Below are positions 32,367 through 42,520 of a DNA stretch of 64,000 nucleotides, piece by piece. Numbering within the stretch: position 1 is the stretch's first letter; the number at the start of each line of letters is the position of its first letter. Both the position numbers and the translations under genes were made by a program. The notes below the pieces were generated by a model. The model saw nothing but the letters and a program-made list of their open reading frames with translations. It was not told where the DNA came from and made no database searches. The stretch is from an uncultured delta proteobacterium (GTDB taxonomy: Bacteria > Desulfobacterota > Desulfomonilia > UBA1062): positions 64,001 to 128,000 of the forward strand of contig CAVVYZ010000017.1 of the NCBI GenBank assembly GCA_963752595.1. Reading direction: 5' to 3'.

Positions 32367-33743
32367 ATGCGGGGCAAGAACGTTCTCCTGATCAATCCCT
32401 GGATCTACGATTTTGCCGCGTACGACATGTGGGCAAAACCCTTGGGGCTGCTGAGCCTGGGAGCGGTTCTTCAGGAGAACGGGTGCAGGGTCTCTTTCAT
32501 CGATTGTCTCAAATCGCCCCATCCCTCCATGGGAGGAAAGGCGCCCAAGGTTCATGCCGGAGGGCATGGGAAGTACTATCGTGAGATCATCCCGGCGCCC
32601 GGGAAGATCAGCGACATTCCGAGATACTACGGCAGGTACGGAATCAGCCCTGAAGCCTTCATGCACGACCTGGCTTTGGTTCGGAGGCCGGATGCCGTTC
32701 TGGTAACCTCCCTCATGACGTACTGGTATCCAGGGGTGTTCGAGGCGATCAGACTCCTCCGGGAAGCTTTTTGCAATGTCCCGATCCTCCTCGGCGGCAT
32801 CTACGCAACCCTGTGCCGGGATCATGCCCTGCGATTCTCAGGTGCGGACTACGTCATCAGCCATGAAGGAGAGCTCAAGGTTCTTGAAACGTTGAGACAT
32901 ATTTGGGGAACGAGCCCTGAATATATCCCTGACGTGCAGGACCTGGACAGCCTCCCGTATCCGCTCTTCGATCTCGTTGATCCGTTGCGGTATGTCTGCA
33001 TCCAGACATCAAGGGGCTGTCCGTACCGCTGCACCTACTGTGCGGCGCACCTGATTTCATCAGGCATGCGGAGGCGGAATTATGAGCGGGTAGCCGACGA
33101 GATCGGGCACTGGGCAGGGGCGCACGGGGTAACGGATTTTGCCTTCTATGACGACGCCCTGCTTTTCCAGCCCGAAACCTGGGCCTTGCCCATGATGAGA
33201 GAGATAATCAAACGGGGGCTGAAGGTGCGCTTCCACTGCCCCAATGCTCTGCACGCGAGATGCATAACGCAGGAAACCGCTCATGCCATGAAGGAAAGCG
33301 GGTTTGCCACCATCAGGCTAGGGCTGGAGACGAGCGACCCGAAGCGTCAGTCGAGCCTAGGCGCAAAGGTGAACAATAATGATTTCCTCAACGCGGTGGA
33401 GAATCTGACAAAGGCGGGCTTTGATCCTCCGGACATCGGAGCATACATTCTTTGCGGGCTTCCCGGGCAGCACGAACGAGAGGTGCTTGATGCCGTGCAG
33501 TTTGTGAAAAGTACCGGTGCACGGCCTATGATAACAGAGTTTTCTCCGCTGCCCGGCACGAAAGAATGGGCTGATGCGTGCCTGACGAGCAGGTACCCTC
33601 TTGCCGAAGACCCCATCTACCAGAACAATACCCTGCTCCCCTGCGCCTGGGAAGGGCTTACCCTCGAGATGTACCGGGAGATAAAACGGGAAGCAGGAAA
33701 GGGACGAACTCCTGCCTTCGAGGCGGCGGCTGCCGGAAAATGA
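32367..33743 (+). CDS. Cobalamin-binding-domain radical SAM protein
   Basis: N-terminal KPLGLL / LLGGIYA region and TSRGCPYRCTYC. Confidence 0.88.
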   Translation: MRGKNVLLINPWIYDFAAYDMWAKPLGLLSLGAVLQENGCRVSFIDCLKSPHPSMGGKAPKVHAGGHGKYYREIIPAPGKISDIPRYYGRYGISPEAFMHDLALVRRPDAVLVTSLMTYWYPGVFEAIRLLREAFCNVPILLGGIYATLCRDHALRFSGADYVISHEGELKVLETLRHIWGTSPEYIPDVQDLDSLPYPLFDLVDPLRYVCIQTSRGCPYRCTYCAAHLISSGMRRRNYERVADEIGHWAGAHGVTDFAFYDDALLFQPETWALPMMREIIKRGLKVRFHCPNALHARCITQETAHAMKESGFATIRLGLETSDPKRQSSLGAKVNNNDFLNAVENLTKAGFDPPDIGAYILCGLPGQHEREVLDAVQFVKSTGARPMITEFSPLPGTKEWADACLTSRYPLAEDPIYQNNTLLPCAWEGLTLEMYREIKREAGKGRTPAFEAAAAGK

Positions 33744-33764
33744 TGCAATGCACAGGAAAGGCTT

Positions 33765-34700
33765 TTATCTCTTCTTTTCTATCCCTTTGATGATCGCGGT
33801 TAGGGTATCGTTGACGGGCGTATAGACAGAAAGCTCGCGGCCATAGCGGGCAATGGCCCCGTTGAGGGCATCGATCTCCGTCAGGCGGCCCTTTTCCATA
33901 TCCTGGAGCATGGAGGAACGGTGTGTAGCCGTTGGGGGGAGCTGATTCTCGAGGAGGAACCGGTAGTAGTCATCCGGGCATGCATACGCCATGGAAACTC
34001 CTTTGGCTTCGGCCACGGCAAAGATCTCATCGATGATCCTGTGCATGGTTTCGCGCACCTCGGGAACCTCGCCAAGGTGTCCGTAAGGGACGTTCAGGAT
34101 CGCGCCCAGCGCGTTCAGAGAGCAGTTATAGAGAACCTTTCCCCACAGGGATGATTCGATGCGGTCGCTCACCGCGGTGGGAATGCCCGCGTCATTGAAG
34201 TCATCGCATACCCGTTGTATCCTGTCGGTTGAGACGTCGCCCGTAGGGCTGCCCACAAGGACCTTGTCCGCATAGACCGTGACACGTGCTACCCCCGGTT
34301 CTTCTATCTCGGCCCCGAATATCACCCGTGCTCCCACGGTCCTGTTCCATCCGATGGCCTCGGCAATCGCTTCCCAGTTTCCCAGGCCGTTCTGGATGGA
34401 AAACACCAGGGTATCCTCGCGCATGAACGGACACGCCTGCCGGATAACAGATGCGGTATTATAAGACTTTACACTCAGGAGGATCACATCGAAGGTCCCG
34501 CTCAGGCCCTCGGTACCGTAAAAAGCGCAAGCATGAGGAATCTTATGCTCTCCCCAGAGCCCCCGGATGAGAAGGCCTTTTCGCTGTATGGCCTTTACGT
34601 GATCGTCGAGGCCCACGAAGGATACCTTGCGGCCTTTTTCCGCCAGAAGTCCTCCGAAAACGCTCCCCAGGGCGCCTGCGCCCATGACGAGGTAATTCAT
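33765..34700 (-). CDS. panE: Ketopantoate reductase family protein
   Basis: MNYLVMGAGALG, VKSY, QNGLG, WGKVLYN, SSMLQD, TEIDALNG. The ATG overlaps the upstream stop (ATGA). Confidence 0.88.
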   Translation of the reverse strand: MNYLVMGAGALGSVFGGLLAEKGRKVSFVGLDDHVKAIQRKGLLIRGLWGEHKIPHACAFYGTEGLSGTFDVILLSVKSYNTASVIRQACPFMREDTLVFSIQNGLGNWEAIAEAIGWNRTVGARVIFGAEIEEPGVARVTVYADKVLVGSPTGDVSTDRIQRVCDDFNDAGIPTAVSDRIESSLWGKVLYNCSLNALGAILNVPYGHLGEVPEVRETMHRIIDEIFAVAEAKGVSMAYACPDDYYRFLLENQLPPTATHRSSMLQDMEKGRLTEIDALNGAIARYGRELSVYTPVNDTLTAIIKGIEKKR

Positions 34701-36166
34701 AGATTCATGCCTCCGGCGTTTTTTTCGAGGGACTCGCCCGATAAGGCGCACGGGGCGGCCTGCAACTCTTCATGGATACTGTTCCATCGCAGGATCCCGC
34801 TGATGGATGTAATGGCATCCTGCGGGGTGCTGAAGACCGCCATGCCCGCCTTCCGGAATATCTCCGTGAGCTTGATGCGCACGTTTTCTAAATCGATGAT
34901 ATTCTCAGTGAACCGAGAGAGTATGGGAACGATGGGTTTATTGCTGTTCCGGGATGCCTCGACTATCGCATATGGCCCGCTTTCCAGCTGGTCGCTCTGG
35001 AAGGAGGTAATGAAATCGAGGGAGAAGTAGGGGATGATGACATCCACATTTTCATCCTGTGCCATGGCCTCGATCGTATGCGCCATGATGTGGAAGTCGA
35101 AACCATAAAAGCCCAGGTCTACGGGGTTTGTGGTGCTCGTATTCACGTTGCTGATTTTCTGGCTGATGATTGCTTGTGTATCCTTCCGGAGTTCAGGAAG
35201 CACCAGACCCTTCCTCGTTGCGATGTCGGTGAAGAGCACGGACGTTCCTCCGCCGGCGCCGAGAAAGCCGAGTCTGTTTCCGGAGGGGAGCTTGTCGGAA
35301 ACGGCCATCATGGTGAGATCCACCAGGTGTTCGAAATTATAGGCCTCGACTCCTCCGTACTGCCTCATCATGGCCGACCACACATCATTCCGTACCGCGA
35401 GTGCGCCGGTATGGGAAGCAGCGGCGCGTGCCCCGTACTCGGTGGTGCCTCCCTTGAGGATGATCACAGGCTTTTTGGGAGTCGTCATGCTCAGGGCTTT
35501 CATGAAGCGCCTGATGTCCTTAATATCCTCGATGTAAGCGGCAACAGCCTTGATGGTATCGTCGCCTGCGAAGAATTCGAGATAATCTTCGACCTTGAGG
35601 TCGATCTGGTTGCCATAGGAGACGATCTTGTTGATCTCGATATAGCGCGAATGGGCCATACGCATGAAGTTATGGGTCATGCCTCCGGACTGGCCCAGGA
35701 AAGCCACGTTTCCGACTCCTTTTATGGGTGACTTGGGAAGGTCGCAGGTGATGCCTGCCTCGGTACAGTGAATGCCGATGCAGTTGGGGCCGATGATTCG
35801 TGTTCCCCCGGCTTTTGCCGCATCGAGCATATCATGCTCGAGATCGTAATTCCCCACCTCGGAGAAGCCGGAGGTGAAAAAATGCAGGAAGCTGACCTTG
35901 TTTCGGGCTGCTGCCTCGACGGTCTCGAGCGCCAGTTTGGCAGGGACAGAGGCAATGGCAAGGTCGATGGGCTCAGGAAGATCGTCCAGGGATGCATAGA
36001 CCTTCTCGCCGTTTATCTCCTGATACTTCGGGTTTACCGGATAGATACGGCCGCGGTACCCGGCAAGCTTGATGAGCTGGTAGTAGGGGAGCTTCCCTCC
36101 GCCGAGGTTCGGCGATGCCCCGATAATTGCAATGCTTTTCGGATAAAAGAGTCTTTTGAGATCCAT
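34697..36166 (-). CDS. NDP-forming acyl-CoA synthetase alpha-type subunit (CoA-binding), no ATP-grasp domain
   Basis: PKSIAIIGAS, YPVNP, IGPNCIG, QSGG, ASHTGALA (phospho-His motif), NPVD. Confidence 0.88.
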   Translation of the reverse strand: MDLKRLFYPKSIAIIGASPNLGGGKLPYYQLIKLAGYRGRIYPVNPKYQEINGEKVYASLDDLPEPIDLAIASVPAKLALETVEAAARNKVSFLHFFTSGFSEVGNYDLEHDMLDAAKAGGTRIIGPNCIGIHCTEAGITCDLPKSPIKGVGNVAFLGQSGGMTHNFMRMAHSRYIEINKIVSYGNQIDLKVEDYLEFFAGDDTIKAVAAYIEDIKDIRRFMKALSMTTPKKPVIILKGGTTEYGARAAASHTGALAVRNDVWSAMMRQYGGVEAYNFEHLVDLTMMAVSDKLPSGNRLGFLGAGGGTSVLFTDIATRKGLVLPELRKDTQAIISQKISNVNTSTTNPVDLGFYGFDFHIMAHTIEAMAQDENVDVIIPYFSLDFITSFQSDQLESGPYAIVEASRNSNKPIVPILSRFTENIIDLENVRIKLTEIFRKAGMAVFSTPQDAITSISGILRWNSIHEELQAAPCALSGESLEKNAGGMNL

Positions 36167-36449
36167 ATCGATGCCCGTCCTTAATTCACAGTGTGTGTTA
36201 TTATCCTATCATAATACAAACAAAATTAAAAAGATGATTTTACATGCCCTTATAAGTGCCTTCGGGATATATCAATAAACCACCTTCCTCGATTTATCAA
36301 GAAATGATGTTTCGCTTCCCGATTATTTCTCCCGGAGGCAAAGCCGTGTTCGGCAAGGGGTTATGAAAGAACCGGGCTTTGGAACCAAAGGAATGACGAG
36401 GACAAAGAATGGCTTGAAACTTATCGAGTTTACGATTAAATTTGAAAAG

Positions 36450-37088
36450 ATGGGAACTATACCGGTTTTTTTCCACGCTATCCGCATCGATATGCCTGCC
36501 CGCGCCGTTTACCGGCGACTCGGCTATCAGAAAGGGAAGACGGAGATCACCCGGGAGCAGCGCTCGGAGATCGAAGCAACCTTAGGCGATGCGGTATCCC
36601 TCGTCGAGCTGAAGGGATCCGCGGTTCTGATCCCTGTCAGGGAGCAGGGTGCAGGGCAGATCCTTCTGGATACAGGCGAGCTTCTCAAAAGCGCATCCCT
36701 CTTAAGGATGCTCGAAGGATCGACCGAGCTCCTCCTCATGGGAGCAACGGCCGGAAACAGGGTTATGCAGGAGATCAGCCGGGATTCGAAAAGCGGTAAC
36801 CTGACCCGTGCGATTTTGCTCGATGCAGTGGCGAGCGAGATGACCGATAAAGCCCTTGACTGGATAGCAGAGCACATGGGCAGGGAATTGAGGCGGCAGG
36901 GAAAAGGAATCACGCACAGCCGGTTCTCCGCAGGGTACGGGGATTTTGAACTGGAGAACCAGAAGATCATGTACGAGCGTTTGCAGCTTCAGGAGATCGG
37001 GGTGAAGATAACGGACTCATGCGTCCTCGTGCCGGAGAAGTCGGTTACGGCGGTTGCAGGCGTCCGTGTCGGCGAATTCGAGCGATAG
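36450..37088 (+). CDS. Stand-alone methionine synthase reactivation (AdoMet-binding) domain
   Basis: LDAVASE, RFSAGYGDF, IGVKITDSCVLVPEKSVTA; directly upstream of metH. Start uncertain (36363 or 36450). Confidence 0.82.
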   Translation: MGTIPVFFHAIRIDMPARAVYRRLGYQKGKTEITREQRSEIEATLGDAVSLVELKGSAVLIPVREQGAGQILLDTGELLKSASLLRMLEGSTELLLMGATAGNRVMQEISRDSKSGNLTRAILLDAVASEMTDKALDWIAEHMGRELRRQGKGITHSRFSAGYGDFELENQKIMYERLQLQEIGVKITDSCVLVPEKSVTAVAGVRVGEFER

Positions 37089-37100
37089 AACGGGGGATTT

Positions 37101-39539
37101 TTGAAGAAAAAAGATGAAATACTGGCCAGGGCCTCTTCACGGCTCGTAATCCTCGACGGGGCGACCGGGACGCAGCTGCAGGCACGGGGCATGCCGGGAG
37201 GCGTATGCCCGGAACTGTGGTGCCTCCAGAATCCGGAATCCATCAAGGCGGCTCACAAGGAATACCTCCAGGCAGGGTCCGAGGTAATCTATACCTGCAC
37301 CTTCGGAGCCAGCCGGTTCAAGCTCTTTGAGTATGGGGAATGCGATGTGCGCGAGGTCAACAGGGACCTGGCCCGGATCGCACGCCAGGCGGCAGGAGAT
37401 ACCTTTCTCGTCGCCGGAGACATAGGCCCTACCGGGAGATTCATCGAGCCTTTCGGCGATGTGGGGTTCGAGGAAGCTGTCCACGCATTCAAGGAACAGA
37501 TTCGAGGGCTTCTGGACGGAGGCGTAGATCTCTTCGTGATCGAGACCATGGTGGATATCCAGGAGGCCAGGGCTGCCCTCATAGCCGTGCGTGAGCTCAC
37601 CGATGTCTTTACCATGGTCACCATGACTTTTGAACCGAACGGGCGCACCCTGAACGGGACTGATCCCCTTTCGGCGCTGATCACGCTGCAGTCATTGGGT
37701 GCCGATGCAGTAGGGTGCAACTGCTCGACAGGTCCGGAAGAAATGCTCCCCCTGATCAGGGCCATTGAACCCTATGCGAAGGTCCCTCTCGTGGCCAAGC
37801 CCAATGCAGGACTGCCGGTCCTGGAAAACGGCAAGACCGTCTTCCCCATGTCTCCGGAAGAATTTTCCGGATATGCAGGGGAGTTTACGGCTTCGGGGGT
37901 GAGATTCCTCGGCGGGTGCTGCGGTACGACCCCCGCCCATATCATGGCATTGCGAGAAAGGACCGCAGGGCTTACCTTCCACGAAAGGACCGCTGCCATA
38001 TCAGGGGCTGTGAGTTCTGCGCGGAAGACCGTTCTCCTCAAGACCGACGGCCCTCTCATCGTTATTGGTGAGCGGATCAACCCGACCGGGAAAAAGGACA
38101 TGCAGGCAGAGCTCCTCGATGGCAGAATGTCTCTGGTGAAAAGGTTTGCCCAAGAGCAGACGAAGAACGGAGCGGACCTTCTCGACGTGAATGTGGGCAT
38201 GCCGGGCATCGATGAGCCCGAAATGCTTAAGCAGGTGGTAAAAGTTCTCTCGGTATCGACAGACTCCCCGCTCTGCCTCGATTCTTCCATCCCGGAGGCC
38301 ATCGAGGGAGCGTTGCGGGTCTACCCCGGCCGCGCACTCATCAATTCGATATCGGGTGAAGAGCAGAAGCTCGATAAGCTTCTCGATATCGCTGCCCGCT
38401 ATGGCGCCATGTTCATCCTGCTGCCGCTCACGGGCAAGAAGCTGCCCAAAACCTCGGTTGAGCGTCAGAAGATCGTCGAGAACATCTATGCAAAGGCAAC
38501 CGCCTACGGGTTCACCAAGAATGATATCGTAGTGGATGCACTGACCATGGCTGTCTCCGCCGAAGGCCGCGCAGCCCTGGAAACCCTTGCCACAACAAGA
38601 TGGTGCGCTTCCGAATTCGGGGTGAGGACCGTGATGGGGCTGTCGAATGTCTCTTTCGGCCTGCCTGAGCGGAAATGGATCAATGCATCGTTTTTGGCAA
38701 TGGCCTCCTCAAGCGGCCTCACCCTTGCCATTGCCAATCCAATGAGTGAGGAGTTCATGCATATCAAGCGGGCTTCCGATGTGCTCATGAACCGCGATCC
38801 TGAGGCAAGGGCTTTTATTGCCCATGCAGCCGGGCTTCCGGCGAGGGAAAGCCCGGCGAAACCGGGCGGGGCATCAGGAAAACCGGTCTCCCAGGGAGGG
38901 TCTCCGATGGAGAAAGTCCATCAGGCAATTCTCGACGGCTCCCGGAGCGAGATCGCCGATCTCATAGACCAGGCGCTGGCCACAGGCATCCCCGCCCAGA
39001 AACTCATCGACGATTTCATGGTCACCGCCATCAGGGAGGTGGGAATCCGCTATGAGAAAAAGACGTATTTTCTGCCGCAGCTCATTGCCAGTGCCGAAGC
39101 CATGCAAAAGGGATTCGAGCACCTGGAACCGCAGCTCAAGCGTGATAATTCGTATCCGGCAAGGAAAGGGACGATCCTGCTGGCTACGGTGCAGGGAGAC
39201 ATCCACGATATCGGGAAGAACATCGTCTCTTTGATGATGAAGAATGACGGGTTTGAGGTGATCGATCTCGGAAAGGATGTCCCCAATGAGGAGGTCCTCG
39301 ATGCAGCCCTTCTCCATAAGCCGCATATCATAGGACTCTCGGCCCTTATGACCACCACTATGGTTCGCATGAAAGACGTGATTGCCAAAGCCAGGGAAGC
39401 CGGTCTGGAATGTCCCTTCCTCGCAGGCGGAGCGGTCGTGACAAAGGCCTATGCGGATTCCATCGGGGCACACTATGCAAAGGACGGGGTAGAGGCCGTA
39501 AAGCTTGCGCAATCTCTCATAAAGCAGGGGAAGGGCTGA
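37101..39539 (+). CDS. metH: Cobalamin-dependent methionine synthase (homocysteine, pterin and B12 domains; split type)
   Basis: LDGATGT, GCNCSTGP, GGCCGTTP, IGERINPTGK, GLSNVSFGLP, GDIHDIGKN, LSALMTTT. Confidence 0.95.
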   Translation: MKKKDEILARASSRLVILDGATGTQLQARGMPGGVCPELWCLQNPESIKAAHKEYLQAGSEVIYTCTFGASRFKLFEYGECDVREVNRDLARIARQAAGDTFLVAGDIGPTGRFIEPFGDVGFEEAVHAFKEQIRGLLDGGVDLFVIETMVDIQEARAALIAVRELTDVFTMVTMTFEPNGRTLNGTDPLSALITLQSLGADAVGCNCSTGPEEMLPLIRAIEPYAKVPLVAKPNAGLPVLENGKTVFPMSPEEFSGYAGEFTASGVRFLGGCCGTTPAHIMALRERTAGLTFHERTAAISGAVSSARKTVLLKTDGPLIVIGERINPTGKKDMQAELLDGRMSLVKRFAQEQTKNGADLLDVNVGMPGIDEPEMLKQVVKVLSVSTDSPLCLDSSIPEAIEGALRVYPGRALINSISGEEQKLDKLLDIAARYGAMFILLPLTGKKLPKTSVERQKIVENIYAKATAYGFTKNDIVVDALTMAVSAEGRAALETLATTRWCASEFGVRTVMGLSNVSFGLPERKWINASFLAMASSSGLTLAIANPMSEEFMHIKRASDVLMNRDPEARAFIAHAAGLPARESPAKPGGASGKPVSQGGSPMEKVHQAILDGSRSEIADLIDQALATGIPAQKLIDDFMVTAIREVGIRYEKKTYFLPQLIASAEAMQKGFEHLEPQLKRDNSYPARKGTILLATVQGDIHDIGKNIVSLMMKNDGFEVIDLGKDVPNEEVLDAALLHKPHIIGLSALMTTTMVRMKDVIAKAREAGLECPFLAGGAVVTKAYADSIGAHYAKDGVEAVKLAQSLIKQGKG

Positions 39540-39540
39540 A

Positions 39541-40062
39541 TTATTTTTTCTTGAGCATCTTTTCCAGGCGGCTTCCCGGATCGTTGCACATCCAGCAGGT
39601 AATGTTTCCGTCCTTGTCCACGATCACCTTTGTCGGTACGCCCCTGACCCCGTAGCTCGTGGCTACTTTCCCCTCGGTATCGAGGAGAATCGTATACGGG
39701 AGCGCGTGCTTCTCCGCGAAAGACGAGACCTTTTTCCGGCTTTCCTGGAGATAGACGGATATGAACTCGAAATCGGACCCTTTAAAGCGTTCATGGAATT
39801 TCTTGAGATTGGGGATGTCCTTCAGGCACCACGGGCACCAGGTTGTGGTGAAGTTCAACAGGATCACCTTTCCCCGGTACTGGCTCAGCTTGTGAGTCTT
39901 CCCTGAAAGATCCTGCAACGCGAAATCCGGCGCAGGGATGGCATAAATACCTGTTTTCTTGTCGCCCGAGCCTGCTTTCGAAGAGGTTTTATCTTCGCAG
40001 GAAGCGAAGGGAAGCGCCAGAAAGAATATCAACACCGAACAAATAAGTATCCGTCGAACCAT
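39541..40062 (-). CDS. TlpA/ResA-like thiol-disulfide oxidoreductase, probable lipoprotein
   Basis: Signal peptide ending in FASC, APDF, WCPWC, YGVRGVP. Likely start at MVRRIL. Confidence 0.88.
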   Translation of the reverse strand: MVRRILICSVLIFFLALPFASCEDKTSSKAGSGDKKTGIYAIPAPDFALQDLSGKTHKLSQYRGKVILLNFTTTWCPWCLKDIPNLKKFHERFKGSDFEFISVYLQESRKKVSSFAEKHALPYTILLDTEGKVATSYGVRGVPTKVIVDKDGNITCWMCNDPGSRLEKMLKKK

Positions 40063-40076
40063 TCCTATTCTCCTGT

Positions 40077-40784
40077 TTAGACCATTAACTGTCCTGCTTT
40101 GATGAGGAAGTATTCTCCCATGGCTATCAATCCCCAGCCGAATGCTTTCTGCACCGTTACCATCCATCGGCCTGCTTTCGGGAGATTTGCGAGCAGGCTG
40201 CTGAATGAGCCCAGAACTATGAGGATCAAGCCCATACCAAAGGAAAAAGCAAAAAGCAGGCTTATACCGAAAAGAACATTTTGTTTCGCTGCAACGAAGC
40301 TCAAAAGGACCCCGAGCACCGGGGCTGTGCAGGGACCGAGGACAAGGCCTATACCCGCCCCGACGATAAAGGCGCCGAAGAAGCCTTTGAGAGGTCTGTT
40401 CGATCCTAGGGTAAGCGATCTCGGCAGCGGCAGGGTGAATACCCCGATCATCGATAGTCCCATGAGAATGGTTATATTTGCCACCACGAAATATGTCCAG
40501 GGGTTTGTCTGGATCCGGCCGAAGAGCTGTCCTGTAAGGGCTGCCGCAGAGCCGAGTACTGTATAGGTCAGAGAGGTCCCCAGAACATAGAACAAAGAGA
40601 GGGTAAACCCCTTGGTTTTTGATCCGGCACTTTGAGTTGCGATGTAGGCGACCGTAATCGGGATCACGGGATAGATGCAGGGGGTAAAGCTCACGAAAAT
40701 ACCGCTGAGATACGCAGCAACGTATGCCATGAGATAAGAGCCGCTCAGGTAGGTTTCAAAATTGGCAAATAGATCGATGTTCAT
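40077..40784 (-). CDS. ccdA: CcdA/DsbD-type transmembrane disulfide reductase
   Basis: FTPCIYPVIP and GPCTAPVLG motifs; six or more hydrophobic segments. Confidence 0.88.
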   Translation of the reverse strand: MNIDLFANFETYLSGSYLMAYVAAYLSGIFVSFTPCIYPVIPITVAYIATQSAGSKTKGFTLSLFYVLGTSLTYTVLGSAAALTGQLFGRIQTNPWTYFVVANITILMGLSMIGVFTLPLPRSLTLGSNRPLKGFFGAFIVGAGIGLVLGPCTAPVLGVLLSFVAAKQNVLFGISLLFAFSFGMGLILIVLGSFSSLLANLPKAGRWMVTVQKAFGWGLIAMGEYFLIKAGQLMV

Positions 40785-41092
40785 AGGTTCTCTTTCAGTG
40801 CACGAAGTATCGATGCATCCGAGACCGCTCCCTGAAATCGTTTTACGACAACGCCGTTCTGGAAGATTAATACCGCAGGGACGCTGAAAATCCGAAGGTT
40901 TGCGGCTACGGAAGGTTGTGTGCTGATATCACAGATACCGAATGTTACGCGATTATTGAATTCGTGGGATATCGTCTCCAGGGATAGCGCGATCTTTTTG
41001 CATGATGCGCACCAGGGGGAGGAAAACGTAATGATCGCCAGCTGCTCCTGAGTAAGTTCCTGGAAGTTGGCCTCGGTGACTTCTCTCATCAA
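40781..41092 (-). CDS. Thioredoxin family protein
   Basis: SPWCASC, FSVP, about 103 aa. Confidence 0.88.
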   Translation of the reverse strand: MMREVTEANFQELTQEQLAIITFSSPWCASCKKIALSLETISHEFNNRVTFGICDISTQPSVAANLRIFSVPAVLIFQNGVVVKRFQGAVSDASILRALKENL

Positions 41093-41302
41093 TACTTCCT
41101 GTTTTTGTTTTATACTAAAGTATTTCGGTGAATATTACCACGCACTTTTCTTGCCTTCTCTTGAGGATCGAGGGCAGCACTTATTTTAGCACAGGTCTCC
41201 TTTTTGTGAAGTGGTTGAGATTCCTTGAAAAAAATCGTGCCCAATGCAATTATTTACTTATAAAGGCCATGATTATTCTTAGTGCTTAGCCTGATAAAAA
41301 GA

Positions 41303-41340
41303 TTGACATAAGTTGTCATTATTAGTAATGATTATTATTC
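41303..41340 (+). promoter_or_regulatory. Promoter with overlapping Fur/PerR-type AT-rich operator
   Basis: TTGACA at 41303 followed by ATTAGTAATGATTATTATT, an imperfect AT-rich inverted repeat, upstream of a Fur-family gene and rubrerythrin. Confidence 0.55.
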
Positions 41341-41344
41341 TTGA

Positions 41345-41806
41345 TTGGTACGGATATCTTCTGTCCAGGATTCATCCCAGGCGTCTAAAGGAGGGAATGT
41401 GGCCGGTAAAAAATTCAGGATGACCGATCAACGTCGTATAATTCTTGAAGAATTGGAAAAAAAACATGAGCACCCGAATGCTTCCGATGTCTATGAACGG
41501 GTCAAAAAGCGGCTGCCCCATATCAGCCTCGGAACCGTATACAGAAATCTTGAAATCCTCTCTTCAGAAGGAATGGTGAAACGGATCGACGTGCCGTCAG
41601 GGCAGAGGAGGTTCGATGCCGGAACGCATGAACACAGTCATATCCGTTGCATATCCTGCGGCAAGGTAGATGATGTCCCCATGAGTTCGGATATCAGGCT
41701 CAAACCTGTTATTGCACAGGCGAGCAGTACAAGCGGATATCAGCAGACAGGCTGCACCATTGATTTTTTCGGGATTTGTCCTGACTGTGCGGGGGAAAAA
41801 CATTAG
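41345..41806 (+). CDS. Fur family regulator, probably PerR
   Basis: RMTDQR, HPNA, ISLGTVYRNL, HSHIRCISCG, GICPDC; sits just upstream of rubrerythrin. The true start may be GTG 41399. Confidence 0.88.
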   Translation: MVRISSVQDSSQASKGGNVAGKKFRMTDQRRIILEELEKKHEHPNASDVYERVKKRLPHISLGTVYRNLEILSSEGMVKRIDVPSGQRRFDAGTHEHSHIRCISCGKVDDVPMSSDIRLKPVIAQASSTSGYQQTGCTIDFFGICPDCAGEKH

Positions 41807-41865
41807 ACGTTTTTCGGGGAAGCTTTATAACAAGAACACGAAGGTATATTGGAAAGGAGGAATAC

Positions 41866-42441
41866 ATGGGAAATTTGAAAGGGACTCAGACAGAGAAGAA
41901 TCTCATCGGATCGTTTGCAGGGGAATCTCAAGCGCGTAATCGGTACACATATTTTGCCGGGCAGGCCCGCAAAGATGGATTAGTCCAGATTGCCGACATC
42001 TTCGAAGAGACGGCGAATCAGGAAAAGGAGCATGCAAAGAGGTTCTTCAAGTTCCTTGAAGGAGGAGATGTCGAAGTTGTAGCAAGCTTCCCGGCAGGTG
42101 TGATCGGAAGCACTCTGGAAAATTTGCAGGCCGCGGCGGCAGGGGAAAACCACGAACATACCTCGTTGTATCCCGGCTTCGCGAAGATAGCGCGCGCGGA
42201 AGGTTTTGAAGCGATGGCCAAAGTGTGGGAAGCCATATCGATTGCGGAAAAGCAGCATGAGAAGCGGTACCGGGACCTGGCGGCAAATATCGCAGCAGGG
42301 CGCGTCTTCACGAGGGATACCCAAGTGGTGTGGAGATGCAGAAACTGCGGATACCTTCACGAAGGGAACGAGGCGCCGGGAGGATGCCCTGCGTGCGCTC
42401 ATCCGAAGGACTACTTCGAGCTTCTGGGCGAAAACTGGTAA
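41866..42441 (+). CDS. rbr: Rubrerythrin
   Basis: FAGESQARNRY, EKEHA, EKQHE and the C-terminal rubredoxin-like WRCRNCGY...CPACAHP. Confidence 0.96.
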   Translation: MGNLKGTQTEKNLIGSFAGESQARNRYTYFAGQARKDGLVQIADIFEETANQEKEHAKRFFKFLEGGDVEVVASFPAGVIGSTLENLQAAAAGENHEHTSLYPGFAKIARAEGFEAMAKVWEAISIAEKQHEKRYRDLAANIAAGRVFTRDTQVVWRCRNCGYLHEGNEAPGGCPACAHPKDYFELLGENW

Positions 42442-42520
42442 GATGTAAACCCGATGTCCCGGTCTGTGAGGATTCCCGGCAAGCCTTCAAGGGAGCATCA
42501 CTGACCGGGATTGTGCTGGT

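Noticed and set aside
36285-36400. SAM-I or cobalamin riboswitch upstream of the methionine synthase genes
   Set aside because: TTATCAAGA resembles the SAM-I start, but the kink-turn, GCAAC and closing GATAA elements are missing, and I see no B12 box.
36450-39539. Split methionine synthase, and PurS-fused PurL (2215-5163), as novelties
   Set aside because: Both architectures are already known in anaerobic bacteria.
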